Source of the DNA: Octopus sinensis
Taxonomy: Eukaryota
Direction of reading: 5' to 3'
DNA length: 64,000 nt
Assembly (NCBI RefSeq): GCF_006345805.1
Contig: NC_043006.1
Coordinates: 15,996,001 to 16,060,000 of the forward strand
The position numbers and the translations under genes are program-made. Shown piece after piece: positions 1 to 13,470 of the stretch. How positions within the stretch are numbered: position 1 is the first letter of the stretch; every line of letters starts with the position of its first letter. The notes under the pieces were generated by a model, which worked only from the letters and a program-made list of their open reading frames with translations, was not told the origin of the DNA and made no database searches.

Positions 1-129
1 GCAAGTACATCTCCGTAGCAGTAAATTCACTATGAGTATGTAGATACATACTACGTAATATAATGAATTAGTCAAATGAAATGATTAGTATATACTCCTT
101 CTCGAAACCGATATGAATTCCATCATATA

Positions 130-358
130 TATCTTTACTACCCACAAGGGGCTAAATACAGAGGGGACAAACAAGGACAGACAAACGGATTAAGTCGATT
201 ACATCGACCCCCCCAGTGCGTAACTGGTACTTAATTTATCGATCCCGAAAGGATGAAAGGCAAAGTCGACCTCGGCGGAATTTGAACTCAGAACGTAGCG
301 GCAGATGAAATACGGCTACGCATTTCGCCCGGCGTGCTAACGTTTCTGCCAGCTCGCC
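130..358 (-). mobile_element. tRNA-derived SINE, family A (monomer)
   Basis: Minus strand starts GGCGAGCTGGCAGAAACGTTAGC (A-box-like), has GAGTTCAAATTCC (B box) and a GCCTTTCATCCTTTCGGG..CGATAAATTAAGTACC core; >10 copies in the window. Confidence 0.85.
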
Positions 359-1604
359 TGAATTCCATCATAGTTGTTTATGTGTAAATTATTTACGTAG
401 AAAAACCATAAAACTACCAACTGTATTCGAGACCAAACAAAACTGAATGACAATTTATAATAGCATGGTGGTAAGATCGGGTTGGATACATCCAGAGTAT
501 GAGTGAACAAAAGACAGAAGTAAAAGCTTAAAAGACGCGACATTCTGAGTGTCCACAAGAAAAGCAATGAAGGACAACGCACAGAAGAAACGTATTGCCT
601 TTTGAATTCCGTTCCTCTTTGTTAAGCGCTGGAGATCATGGATGCAGACATCATCTCTCTCTCTCTCCCTCTCTCTCCTTCTCTCTCTCGATTCCTGCTT
701 CCTCTCTCCAAGAATCTATCCGGGCCGTTATTTGAAGTCTGCCCAGCGTCTTTCTTTACTCTCTTCCCTGAAATTGCCTCTTCCTTCTAGGATGTAGGGG
801 CTGCGGTTTTGGGCTCTGATGACATGCACACATATACTGTAGTTTCGTCTTCCTAATTTGTTGCCAAAATTTCTTTTCTATTCCTATTTCCTCGAGTACC
901 GTCCAACTGTGAGAAAGCATTTGAGGATTAGATTGTTATAAGCTTTTCGATTATTTCCTATTTTATTTATTCATATATTTAATTATTTTTACTTAATCTA
1001 TTCTATGAACTTGATGCATGCGTGATGAAAATATATTTCATGTTCGTGGTGTAAAGCCACCTCCATAAGACGATGACACTTCTGAAATAAGTTATAAGTC
1101 CTTTACTTCGATTTTAACCATTCAAATTAATATAGCAGTATGATACAAACATGAAAGAAGATAGTGTAAAATGCTATAAGATATCAACCAATACCGTTGG
1201 ACCAATAATACTGTGGCATGAAATCTGATAAAACTTTTGCAGGAAGACGTAGAAGAATATAAATATAGTAAATAGAGAATCTTACAAACAGCATGATATT
1301 AAAAAAATCTTGAAGTAGCAAAAGTATTTACAAATGGACGTTAACTTAATGGAAACGCCCGAGGTACAAATGTCGAAATTAAATGCAACCAACTGATGGT
1401 AGGTACCAATTTTTGGAAACTCATTGAAAATTACCACTCGCCATGAAGTTTCGGGAAATTTAATGAATGTACAAATAACTACGAGAAATATAAGTATTAT
1501 CAATTTCTCAATTCATGCGTGTGTTCCTCTCTCTCTTTTTCTCTTCCTCACCACTCTCTTCTCCTTCAGTCTCGCATACGTACACACTTACACAGACCCA
1601 CGCA

Positions 1605-1607
<3 letters not shown>

Positions 1608-1657
<50 letters not shown>

Positions 1658-1756
1658 CATGCATACTCAGACACACACATAAATGCATACAAACATACAA
1701 TCATAAATATTTATTACTTCATGCAGAAAGACAGACAGTTAGGCAAACAGACTATA

Positions 1757-1825
<69 letters not shown>
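1608..1825. repeat. (TA)n microsatellite tracts
   Basis: Two TA runs, ~1608-1655 and ~1753-1825. Confidence 0.95.
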
Positions 1826-1827
<2 letters not shown>

Positions 1828-2124
1828 ACAACAATATTAAGGAATGGCCTTGATATTGGCAAACCGATTTAATTAAATTAAATTAAATCTATTTGCCACT
1901 GGCCTGTCTCGTCAGCAAAGAAGCCAGGGAAATATATATCCATGAGGCGACAGCATCGACGCCTCGAGAATATATATTCTAAATTTTCAAAATCTACCGT
2001 CACCGTGCCAACTTCTCAGCAGCAAATATAAACTGCTGATTTAATTTCAGAATTAGCAAAAAAATCATTAATTGATCAATATCAGGGTAGCTAAAAATTC
2101 AAGAGAAATTTTTCGCCACCAACG
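1826..2124 (-). mobile_element. Diverged, internally deleted relative of the 490-bp hammerhead repeat
   Basis: Colinear similarity to ~19140-19412; retains CTGACGA (1909-1915, minus) and the stem II hairpin but not the GAAA half; abuts (TA)n. Confidence 0.7.
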
Positions 2125-2148
2125 AGAGAGAGAGAAGAGAGAGAGTAG

Positions 2149-2184
<36 letters not shown>

Positions 2185-2279
2185 GATAGTGTGTATGTGT
2201 GTGTGAGAGAGAGGGAGATGAAATGCTAATATATGTAAACAAGAGACATGATGTCTATCATGAGCAAATGGTCTTTTGA

Positions 2280-2740
2280 AATTGTTATCGCCACCATTCC
2301 TTTATTCGTTCTCCTGTGTTTTAACCACTTCACGGTTCGCACAGTTGTGGCGGACGTCTGACAAATAATCAGACTTGTCTAGTTGGCTTTTTTTGATAAA
2401 CTGATCCGGTAGATCACAAATATGTTGTCTGTGGTAGCTGACTATAACAATTGTGACAGCTTACACTTCCCCAACCTTCCAAATCAAAATCAAATTCTAT
2501 CCAGGTACGATCTAGAAGACTCGAAACTGCTTCTTCATCTCCGCGTTGGTGTATTAGTAAAATTAAGTAAATCTTGTTGCCGTGTTTACTGTTTCTTATC
2601 ATGACAAGATGCGTTTTATGGATCTCGAAAACGTTGGCTATTACCATGTTCTTGAAGAAAATTATTTCACAGGGGAAAAAAAGACCGCGAACTTTTAGAA
2701 GTAAGGTTATCCATAACTGTCCGGTCAGTTTTTTTATACG
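2280..2740 (-). mobile_element. Possible highly decayed mariner relic
   Basis: Weak resemblance to HDNARPH and SPDLAPSDF-type motifs in broken frames; TIR-like end near 2740. Confidence 0.3.
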
Positions 2741-2743
2741 TTA

Positions 2744-3137
2744 CTAACAGTATCGCCCGGCGTTGCTCGGGTTTGTAAGGAAAATAACTATATAAACATT
2801 TTTAGAGAGTTATAGCCAAAAAATAGCAAAAAAATGCCTTAAAAATGGAAAAAAAATTATGGTAAATTTTTTTTAAATCGTTGACTCATCGTAGATATTT
2901 TTAGAGAGTTACTTCCCTTATATATGCCAAAAATGCATTAAAAATGGGAAAAATTGATGGTAATTTTTTTTTAAATCGTAGACTCATCGTAGACGCGCGC
3001 TAATACCCAGAAGGGCTCGATATGAATCACGACTATAAGATACCCGGTTTTGGTTAAACTGCACCGCAAAATGTGAGAGTAGTTAGGAATCTAAATCGTA
3101 GGAGACAGACATACAACTTCACTTTTATATATAAAGA
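2744..3137 (-). mobile_element. Non-autonomous Helitron
   Basis: Minus strand starts A|TCTTTATATATAAAAG and ends with hairpin CCCGAGCAACGCCGGG then TTAG|T (CTRR-like), at an AT target; internal ~100-bp duplication. Confidence 0.75.
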
Positions 3138-3625
3138 TTAGTTTAAATCGGTCAGATTTATGTCGCATATATGTCGCCCAAAACAGCTATAACAATTTGA
3201 AACTCTCCTTTAAAGTAATAATGAGTATAATGCATTTTAAAAGCAGAAAATAAGGAAAATTAAAATTAACAAATGCGCAACACAGATCAACAAACGAAAG
3301 ACTATTGATTTCCCATGAATACTATTAACACAAATGTAGCTGACATTGTTAGCAAACAATAACCTGAACGACTTGCAGGCGCGTACACCGAGCAAAATGT
3401 AAACAGAAATACTCTTTAAAAGAGACAGTGTTGATTGTGTTGTTAGATTAAGAGAATAACTGGACATGTGGAAATATACAGAATAGCAAGGATCCTGGCA
3501 GAACTAGGTGAAGTGAAACCGGCTCTCCTTACTTGATGAATATATGCGAGAATTGTAAAATAGAATTTCGTTTGTTTGGTATACTAAAAAATGGAAGAGG
3601 GTTTCAATTGTTCTCACAAGAGGAA

Positions 3626-3962
3626 TTGAAAGCCTCTTCCTCTCGTACATAACCTTGTTTTCATAAGTACGTTTGCAGAATATTTCTTAGGTTTGCTGTT
3701 ATTGGTTTTTAAATTTTTGGGCATATTATTTCCCAAAATGGAATTTACAATTACTATTTTTCTCGAATGGTATAGAATTTTAAATTTATTATTTAAAGTT
3801 GATATTTTGGTTTTTGCTTTTTGTTTTCGTTTCAAACATTCAAGTGTTAGGAATTGTGTTTGTTCGCTGTTTATGCTGTATTGAATCATACATGATGTGT
3901 TTTATTTCCCTTTTTTTTTTGTTTATATGAAGGGTTATATAATTTCAGTTGAGTAATTTTAC
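3626..3962. repeat. ~337-bp segment flanked by 13-bp direct repeats; second copy at ~5077-5754
   Basis: CTCACAAGAGGAA at 3613-3625 and 3963-3975; the interior matches 5077-5754, which is interrupted by a SINE. Confidence 0.75.
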
Positions 3963-4278
3963 CTCACAAGAGGAAGAAACAGTCTCTGTAATATCATGTT
4001 AACAAAGAAATGTTGAATCGTCTAGTAGGACTTTGGGCATACAAGCCCTCTGCTCGATAAGAATTAATTGTTCTTTTGCTGATGTTCGATTATTCTGTTC
4101 GATATTTAGAAAATGATTTATACGTCACAGACAATGAAGTGCAAGGCTGTAGATTGCTGTGTGATCTGAATTAGCTTAATTATTAGCTAATTTAAGGGCA
4201 GCAACCATAGGACAAAATGAAAACCATGAGAGCATTCCTCTTTAAATATTTCTTTAATGTCATTATTATCCTACTGGT

Positions 4279-4615
4279 GAAGGCTCATGGCTCAGTGGTT
4301 AGAGTGTCGAGCTTATGATCGTGAGGTTGTGAGTTCGAATCCCGGACCGAGCTGCGTGTGGTGTTCTTGAGCAAGTCACTTTATTTCACGTTGCTCCAGT
4401 TCACTCAGCTGTAGAAAGGAGTTGCGACGTCACCGGTGCCAAGCTGTATCGGCCCCTTTGCCTTTCCCTTGGATAACACTGGTGACGTGGAGATGGGAGG
4501 CCGATATGCATGGGCGACTTCTGGTCTTCCATAAACAACCTTGTCCGGACTTGTGCCTGGGAGGGTAACTTTCTAGGTGCAATCCCATGGTCAGTCATGA
4601 CCGAAGGGGGTCTCA
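4279..4615 (+). mobile_element. tRNA-derived SINE, family D
   Basis: TGGCTCAGTGGTTAGAG and GTTCGAATCCC boxes; 11-bp TSD ATCCTACTGGT (4268-4278, 4616-4626); further copies at 29522-29858 and 48499-48838. Confidence 0.88.
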
Positions 4616-4858
4616 ATCCTACTGGTAAATTATCGTCCAAGGACTTGATTTGAATTGTTTGAGAAAGAGAATGCTGAACATTGCCATCATCTGGTAGTAC
4701 AGTATCTCAAACAACAAAACACCAATAGTTTTGAATGCTGCTAACGTCAGAATATTTTCAGTTTTCGATGTCATAAATCAGATATTTGTGATGCTTTGAG
4801 TAGATTTCGTCCAATTTGTATTATTGCTATGTACACTTCTATCCAGGCAGGATACACA

Positions 4859-5076
4859 CAAGGTGTTGCTGAAAAGTTCCTGGCTTTGGGTAAAAGAAAA
4901 TACAGGAGAATCAGTTAATTATGATTTTTATTAAACACATTCCCCTCTCAGATCCATATACTTATTGCAGCAATCCTTCAGTTCTTCTAAGTCCTGTAAA
5001 AGGATTCAGAAGTCTGGGCCTCTAACCAGGCCTTTCACGAAACCCTTAAAACCAGGAATTGTTCAGCACCATCTCA
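4859..5076. mobile_element. Mariner-derived MITE
   Basis: Inverted ends GCTGAAAAGTTCCTGGCTTT / AAACCAGGAATTGTTCAGC; a related copy lies at 54261-54454. Confidence 0.75.
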
Positions 5077-5180
5077 TACATAACCTTGTTTTCAAAATAT
5101 TTCTTAGGTTTGCTGTTATTGGTTTTTAAATTTTTTGTATATTATTTCCCAAAATGGAATTTACAAGTACTATTTTTCTC

Positions 5181-5537
5181 GTGGATGCACTCCGTCGTTT
5201 ACGACGATGAGGGTTCCGGTTGATCCGAATCAACGGAACAGCCTGCTCGTGAAATTAACGTGTAAGTGGCTGAGCACTCCACAGACACGTGCACCCTTAA
5301 CGTAGTTCTCGGGGATATTCAGCGTGACACAGAGAGTGACAAGGCCGGCCCTTTGAAATACAGGTACAACAGAAACAGGAAGTAAGAGTGAGAGAAAGTT
5401 GTGGTGAAAGAGTACAACAGGGATCACCACCATCCCCTGCCGGAGCTCAATAAACACTCACAACGCCCGGTCCGGGAATCGAAACCGCGATCCTATGACC
5501 GCGAGTCCGCTGCCCTAACCACTGGGCCATTGCGCCT
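5181..5537 (-). mobile_element. tRNA-derived SINE, family C (internally deleted)
   Basis: Head GGCGCAATGGCCCAGTGGTTAGGGCAGCGG...GGTTTCGATTCC; body matches 30039-30415. Confidence 0.88.
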
Positions 5538-6496
5538 CGAATGGTATAGAATTTTTCTCGAATGGTATAGAATTTTAATTTATTATTTAAAGTTGATATT
5601 TTGGTTTTTGCTTTTTATTTTCGTTTCAAAAACTCAAATGTTAGGAATCTTGTTTGTTCGTTGTTTATGCTGTGTTGAATCACACATAATGTGTTTTATT
5701 AATTCCCTTTTTTCTTCTATGAAGGGTTATATACTTTCAGTTGAGTAATTTTACATGCTTCGCAGCTTAGAATTTAATTTTCTCATCCAGTTGTGTTTTT
5801 TCTTGGTATCTTGTATATCGTGTGGCATAGATTGCTTATTTAATCCCTCACAATCTACTGGTTTTGAGTATTCAAGCGTATAGAAACTAATTTTTACTGG
5901 ATAAATGTAAAAGGCATCGTAATGTTGTTATTTATTGTCTTCTTCAGTGTATTACAGAAATATTCCTTTATAATGTGTAATAACATGAATACAAATTCTT
6001 CACACGAACATATAGATATTTGAAACACCGAAAGTGACTTAACTATTTTGCTTGATAACAGCAACAAAAACAACAATAAAAGGAACATTCTCATTCACAG
6101 ACTTGATGTAAGTCCTAAGCGATACGTTAGACAGCAATTGCATGCATTTATCAAGACAATGCTATGGTACCGCCGACCTGCACTCCAGCAGCGAAGTTTA
6201 GAGCAGCTGTTCTAATTCTCAGAACAACAAATACGGCCAGAATGCAGGAAACGTGCTCGTGACAGACATTACACGAAAATAATACCATAACATTATAACA
6301 TAGTAAGGCAGGACTCTCCAGGAGGTACCTACTGTGTCTTGTCTCCTCTCGCGCAAAGAATGTTGATGCATAATACTCCAGTATGAGCGGCAGAATAACG
6401 GAGAGCAGAGAGGTGAAATGTTTTAAACGAGAAAACAAATGGTTCGTAACCGGTTCTGCGGGTGGGGAATCCTTAATGCTGTTACAATCTAAATAG

Positions 6497-6813
6497 TGGA
6501 TGGAAGCACTCCGTCGGTTACGACGACGAGGGTTCCAGTTGATCCGATCAACGGAACAGCCTGCTCGTGAAATTAACGTGTAAGTGGCTGAGCACTCCAC
6601 AGACACGTGTACCCTTAACGTAGTTCTCGGGGATATTCAGCGTGACACAGAGAGTGACAAGGCCGGCCCTTTGAAATACAGGTACAACAGAAACAGGAAG
6701 TAAGAGTGAGAGAAAGTTGTGGTGAAAGAGTACAGCAGGGATCACCCACCACCCCTGCCGAGCTTCGTGAAGCTTTTAGGTGTTTTCGCTCAATAAACAC
6801 TCACAACGCCCGG
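6497..6813 (-). mobile_element. SINE family C, head missing
   Basis: Near-identical to the body of other family C copies. Confidence 0.88.
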
Positions 6814-6816
6814 TTA

Positions 6817-7194
6817 AATGGCCCAGTGGTTAGGGCAGCGGACTCGCGGTCATAGGATTGCGGTTTCGATTCCCAGACCGGGCGTTGTGAGTGTTTATTG
6901 AGCGAAAACACCTAAAAGCTCCATGAGGCTCCAGCAGGGGATGGTGGTGATCCCTGCTGTAACTCTTTCACACCAACACTTTCTCTCACTCTTACTTCCT
7001 GTTTTCTGTTGTACCTGTATTTCCAAGGGCCCGCCTTGTCACTCTCTGTGTCACGCTGAATATCCCCGAGAACTACGTTAAGGGTACACGTGTCTGTGGA
7101 GTGCTCAACCATTTACACGTTAATTTCACGAGCAGGCTGTTCCGTTGATTCGGATCAACCGGAACCCTCGTCGTCGTAACCGACGAAGTGCTTC
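6817..7194 (+). mobile_element. SINE family C, near full length
   Basis: tRNA-like head ATGGCCCAGTGGTTAGGGCAGCG; inverted relative to 6497-6813. Confidence 0.88.
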
Positions 7195-7656
7195 TCTATG
7201 CGATCCCCCATCATCCTGAGTGAACCCCTGTTTTCTAACATCCTGGAGATGTTTCCCTGAGACAAATTATTGTAGCAATTACCGTTCTTCTTTTGTATCC
7301 ACTTTACTAACATTATACACACTGGAATTTTAATCTAAGGCTCTTGTAAGTGTGGACGTTAATGTTATTATGATTATAAAATTAAAATTATGCAATATTA
7401 ACATTACACAGATACTGCTTCCATTAGCTTGTAATAGCATTTAGTTTAATCAGCTCGTGGCATGGATTGAATCAATAATTCTAACACTGGGTCAAGCGGA
7501 TACTTCTTGTGAAACAATTGAAGGATAGACGTCGATTGTTGAATACTCAATCACTTAACGCATTAATCATATGAATAGGTCATTCAGCTCCTCGAAGAAC
7601 TGGACGTTCATGCGTCGAAATAACCGGGAGAGTCCATTACACACACACATACACAC

Positions 7657-7691
<35 letters not shown>

Positions 7692-7784
7692 CTTTTCATT
7701 CAGATATACGTAAACTTATATTATATACAAATGCATACACGGCATTGTTATTATTTCAGAACAGCTAAAATATATATAAATATT

Positions 7785-8072
7785 ATCACCGTGATCAACC
7801 AGGCTATCAAATTTTGCTACACATCGCTGGTCACAATGCACTTCGCATTGTTTTAGCTTTCAAATGACGTCTCCTCGCTGGCTAAGCGAGCAGGCCAACA
7901 GAAGAAAGGGTGAGAGTAAGTTGTGGCGAAAGATTACAACAGAGATCGCCACCACCCCGTGCCGGAGCATCGTGGAGCTTTAGGTGTTTTCGCTCAATAA
8001 ACACTCACAACGCCCAGTCTGGGAATCCAAACCGCGAGTCCTCTGCCCTAACCACTGTGTCATTGCATCTCC
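7785..8072 (-). mobile_element. SINE family C variant with a different 3' body
   Basis: Shares the head and GGAGCTTTAGGTGTTTTCGCTCAATAAACAC with family C. Confidence 0.7.
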
Positions 8073-8110
8073 AGTATATATATATAAGTTTATGTATATC
8101 TGAATGAAAG

Positions 8111-8145
<35 letters not shown>

Positions 8146-8958
8146 CATTCAGATATACGTAAACTTATATTATATACAAATGCATACACAACATTGTTAT
8201 TATTTCAGAAGAACTAAAATATATATAAATATTATAAAATGTTCTAATATACTCAGTAGCATGCATGAATGATAGGTTTTCATTAAAATGTCAAATATGC
8301 AGTTTACGTTGGCTACTACTGGGCTATAAGATGCTGTTCTATGCTACTGTGGAAGAAAAGAAGCCGGATACATCTACCACAAGGAGTGGCCAATAAACTT
8401 TAAATCGGTCTTTCAGGGTCCCCTCTTTTTTTTTCCCCTTTTTCCTGCACAGCAATAGAATAGAATGTGCTTAAAGTCGTATTTTACCAACAATAGTGTC
8501 TTATAACATATAAGTATGACTGTGTGAGTATATATATGTTTGTGTCTATCCTGCGTCCTTTGGTTATATACTCGTTTACATCTTTTCTCATCATTCTCGA
8601 AATATATAATATGGTAGAGGTGGTTTTTTCAATCCCCATAACCTTGTGGTTCATTTCTGCATCTTTGTACAAGATGCGGTAAAATAGATTCAGATTCGTC
8701 ATACTTCACAAATTCTCAAACCGATAGGTACGGTCCAAACAACGACGGTAGCTGAAAAATGGAGCGGTGAAGCACCTATATATGAAGACACCGGTTATAT
8801 GAAGACGCCGTTGCTATCTATCTAACTTTACAAGTACCAATGACGGTTGTAAAATATAATAGGTTTTACTGCCGCATCCTTTACTTAGATAATTTCTTCA
8901 TTGTTTTTAAAGATACCCTGTTCTATATTCTGATTTATAGTCTAACGAAAAGTAAATT

Positions 8959-9049
<91 letters not shown>

Positions 9050-9050
<1 letters not shown>

Positions 9051-10707
9051 CTTTCTTTATTGGCCACACAGGGCTGAATACAGAAGAGACAAATACAAAT
9101 GTAGAGCTTTTCTTTTCGAAGATGGAAAAAGAAAAAAGGAACAAAAAAGGAAACAAATGTAAAATTCCGATCAAAAGGGATCGGAAAAAAAAAAAGGAAA
9201 TCGATCAAAAGTAAGAAACAAGATTAGGTCCATCCATGGGAAGAAAAACTACAGAAAAGACCACGGTAACCTCAGGTAGGGAGGAAATAAACACCTGAGA
9301 GCAAAGAACACTCTCTTTGTGTCTCTCTTTTACGATTTACAGGATCATACTCAAATTGGTTTCGTCACTCGCACGCACCATCTTAGCTACATTCACCCAC
9401 CTTTTTTTTGAACTTTCGCGAGACAAAACCTGCCTCTCCATTCTCACCTTCTTTTTCAAGTGGTACTTGAAAAAGTTGATGAGCGATTGGCCAGAGAGGT
9501 AAGTGTTTGTCTCTAATCCTTTCGCTCGAGTTCAGCACAAACATTCTTTCACCATGTGGGATGAAAACTGCCTTGCCTTCCCGGTTGAGAGAAGGAGGCG
9601 GAGCAATTTTCACAATAGAGTCGGCCGTTCGGCATAAGCCCACAAGTCTGAAATGGTTGGACACTGTACGAGTGCGTGCAGAACGGTTTCGTCGCTCTGA
9701 CCGCATCTCGGGCAAGTCGGTCCAGTGTGTCTCGAACCGTGCCTGTAGAGCTTATCTCGAACAGGTGATGCTTCTCGACAGCACTGCCAGGCCAGGGATC
9801 TTTGGTGATTTCCGGCCCGAAAGTTGTCCTGAACAGGCGGGTCAGGTGTTCCTCGTCGACGCCCAGATTCTGCCCGAGAACGTCGTCGCACCTCCCCTCC
9901 ACTAATCCTCTATAGAACGCCTTTGTTGCAATGAAGTCGCACAAGTTTGGTCCCGGACGGTAGAGTTGCTTGAGAACAACGCGACATTCACGGGGCCATT
10001 TGCCTAGCCTCGGTCTCTGTTTGATCACCACTTTAGTTCGGCCAAGGAGACGAGCTGCAGGAAAGCGCGTCGTACAAAAGACGACCACACCTGTTCACCG
10101 TCGTCTATGAAGCGCCGGAGACGTCGCAGTCTCAGCGCATGTCTGCGCATCATCAACCACGGCATGCCTAGCCCTCCATTTACCGGGTGTTGACAGCAAA
10201 TGGATCTCCTAACCATCGAAACGCTTCCCTTCCACAGGAAGCGGAAGAGTATGCGTTCCAATTTGGTGATGGTAGGGTCGGGACAAGGCACGACGGTCAG
10301 ACGGTACTCGATGACGGATGCGATGTACGCGTTCGCCACCTCCGCCCTACCTTTTAGGGATAGCTTCCTCTCAGCCCATTGCTGGGTGAGAGTTGCCACC
10401 CTAGTCGAAAATTCGCCCCAGTTCTTCTCCATTTGGAGGTCCGGACCGAACCAGTCTCCGAGCAATTTAACCGGTCCGTCGGTCCAGTGTCCCACGATGG
10501 AGACGCTGTTGGACGGTATGGGCTTGCTTCTCCAGGTGCCAAGCCACAAGCCCACTGACTTTTCCCGGTTAATTTTTGCTCCCGTTACCGCTTCGTAGTC
10601 TTTGAGTGTCTCGCTGACTAGGTCGATGTGCTTGTGGCTCGACAATATGACGGTGAATTCGTCCGCGTATGCTGACACGTTCCTCTCGCGTCTTCGTGGG
10701 AGCTGGG

Positions 10708-10709
<2 letters not shown>
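9050..10709 (-). mobile_element. 5'-truncated L1/Tx1-clade LINE inside (GATA)n
   Basis: RT motif SAYADE, KINREKS, LSLKGRA, GGLGMP; C-terminal zinc knuckle CPRCGQSDETVLHALVQC in a shifted frame; AATAAA then (TATC)n; (GATA)n on both sides (8959-9049, 10709-10806). Confidence 0.9.
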
Positions 10710-10791
<82 letters not shown>

Positions 10792-10974
10792 CAGATAGAT
10801 AGATAGTTTTACTATATTCATCCTGCGCTATAGCAGCACCATTACTAATAAACATCCCATAAAATTACTCTGAAGGCGGAATAAAATAGGAATTTTTCTG
10901 AGCGAGCTTAAACGCGTTTCACATATACGAACTCAAAGGATATATGTGTGTGCATGTGTGTTTGTACCTCTGTG

Positions 10975-11017
<43 letters not shown>

Positions 11018-11127
11018 ATAATATATAAATATATAGAATATGAACTAGAGATAAAACCACTATTATGCAACTCAAACAGTGATAGACATATACCAATACC
11101 TAAATAACAAATAATATAAATATAATA

Positions 11128-11224
<97 letters not shown>

Positions 11225-11711
11225 ATATATATTTCCTTCTATTTTAAAAAGTATAAAAAGAATGATAAATAATATGATAAGTAAATATAATGTAGTAAGT
11301 AAAACCACTACTTACACTCCCTGTAAATTTGGAGCTATACTCCCTAATATTATTATTATTAATATATAAATATATATATATATATAATGCATACCTATAT
11401 ATATCGCACATTTTTGGCTCATATTCCATTGCATTTTTGAATTTTGAATCTATGTTTTGGAAGATGAAATCCTGACAGACGACACGTTTTGTGTTTTACA
11501 TTATCAGACAGGAATAAAAAGAATTAAAAAAAAAACTAATCAAGTGAGTTGTACAAGAATTTTGCTTTCGTTTGTCTATAATAAAAAAAAAAGCTAATTA
11601 CGTTAATAATTGCTAGCTGATATTCCGCAGCTTAATTAGAAACGACAATCGAATATTAGAGAAGTCCTGGGGTCGACTTGTTCCGACTAAGAAGGCTGAA
11701 ACAAATAAACG

Positions 11712-12227
11712 TATATATATATGTGTGTGTGTGTGTGTTGTGTGTGTGGTGTGTGTGTGTGTGTGTATGTGTGTGTGTGTGTGAGGTGTATGTATTTATA
11801 TATATGTATGTATATATATTGTGTGTGTGTGTGTGTGTATGCATATATAAATGTATGTGTATATATACGCATATATATATGTATGTATATATTTATATGT
11901 AATATATATAAATAAATACGAATATATATAAGTATACATATTTATGTATATACGTGTGTGTGTGTGTATGTATGTGTATATTTATATATGTGTGTGTGTG
12001 TGTGTCTATGTATTTATATATATATATGTATATATGTATGTGTGTATGTGTGTATATATATATATACATATATATATATGTATATATATATTTATATGAA
12101 AATATATATATAAATAAATATGAATATATAAATAATGTATACATATTTATGTATATACGTGTTTGCATATGTATGTATATATATATATATGTGTATGTGT
12201 GTTCGTGTGTGTGTGTGTGTGTGTGTA
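11712..12227. repeat. Compound (GT)/(TA) microsatellite field
   Basis: Direct inspection. Confidence 0.9.
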
Positions 12228-13284
12228 CAAATAGATACAGTAAATAATATATCCAGTACCTAATTACATGTATACAACACCACAAAATAAAACGAATAAA
12301 TTTAACAAATGGCTCGAACAACCGAAATAAATATTTTACTAGGGGATAATAATACTTCTTTTCATAAAGGTCTTCTGTCGGTTCCTTACACACAAACGCT
12401 AATAGCGCGCGCACACATATACGCATATTCTCCACCACTCACACTTAAAGTCACGCTACCGCGCACCCACGCGCACATACAAGCACACTGCAAGCACACT
12501 CACACACACACACCACGTACGCAGTTAATTGGGGTCTCTGTGCATGAGTGCCAAAAGCGTTCGTATGTGTGTGTGTGTGTGTGTACATGTTCACATTTTC
12601 ACAAATTTCGTTTGAATCTCCTTTTCTCCTTCCTCTCTTTCTCTCTCTCCTTCCTCTTCCTCTCCATCCTCTCTCTCCCCTCACTCTCTCCATTCCTCCT
12701 CTCTCTCATCTCACTCTGCCCCTCCTTTCTCTCTCGCGCGCACACACACACACACACACTATTACCACCCCTTTCCCACCCCACAGTTGACAAATTATGT
12801 ACACCACAGGAATTTCCCGTTAGTTCTTTAATATAATAAATGAAAAAAACGTGTCCCTTTATGAAACGACTTCATTTAAATTGTTCTACTCGAAACTAAT
12901 CAAATTAGTTTTATTGCTACGGCTATATTTTTAATATGCTGAATACATTCTCCTTATTACGTTCATCAGAAACAAGTTTAATGGAATTATATGATTACAT
13001 TATTAGATTCTTGCCTTAAAATTGTCTCTTGGTTTTAATCGGGAAAAAACTGTTAGAACACATGAATGTTTAAGGCATAATAAAACTATGGCTAATTATT
13101 ATATTACCTTTTAATATTTTCAATTTAATTAAATACAAGTCTGTTTTCTTAAAATCAAGTCAATTTTGTTTAAGTTTCATTTGGTCGTTTGTAAATTATC
13201 ACAAACGAAATATTCTGAAATCGGTAATTCAACACCGAGAACTTAGGAAAAACACAAGGAGGACCGTAACCCGTCAGCGATAAC

Positions 13285-13470
13285 TCAGTCATTTGACTGT
13301 GGCCATGCTGGAGCACCGCCTTTAGTCGAGCAAATCGACCCCAGAACTTATTCTTTGAAAGCCTAGTACTTATTCTGTCGGTCTCTTTTGCCGAACCGCT
13401 AAGTTACGGGGACGTAAATACACCAGCATCGGTTGTCAAGCGATGTTGGGGGGGGGGGCGAACACGGACA
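13285..13470 (-). mobile_element. SINE family B, 3' half
   Basis: Matches the 3' half of 22867-23266. Confidence 0.85.

Noticed and set aside
4279-4350. tRNA-like sequence (also heads at 6817, 13758, 58363)
   Set aside because: Continues into SINE bodies, several with TSDs; no complete cloverleaf
9507-10598. Plus-strand ORFs of 132 aa
   Set aside because: Antisense shadows of the Tx1-like LINE ORF
12309-12836. ORF starting MART (histone H3-like start)
   Set aside because: Similarity stops after four residues; the rest is low-complexity sequence
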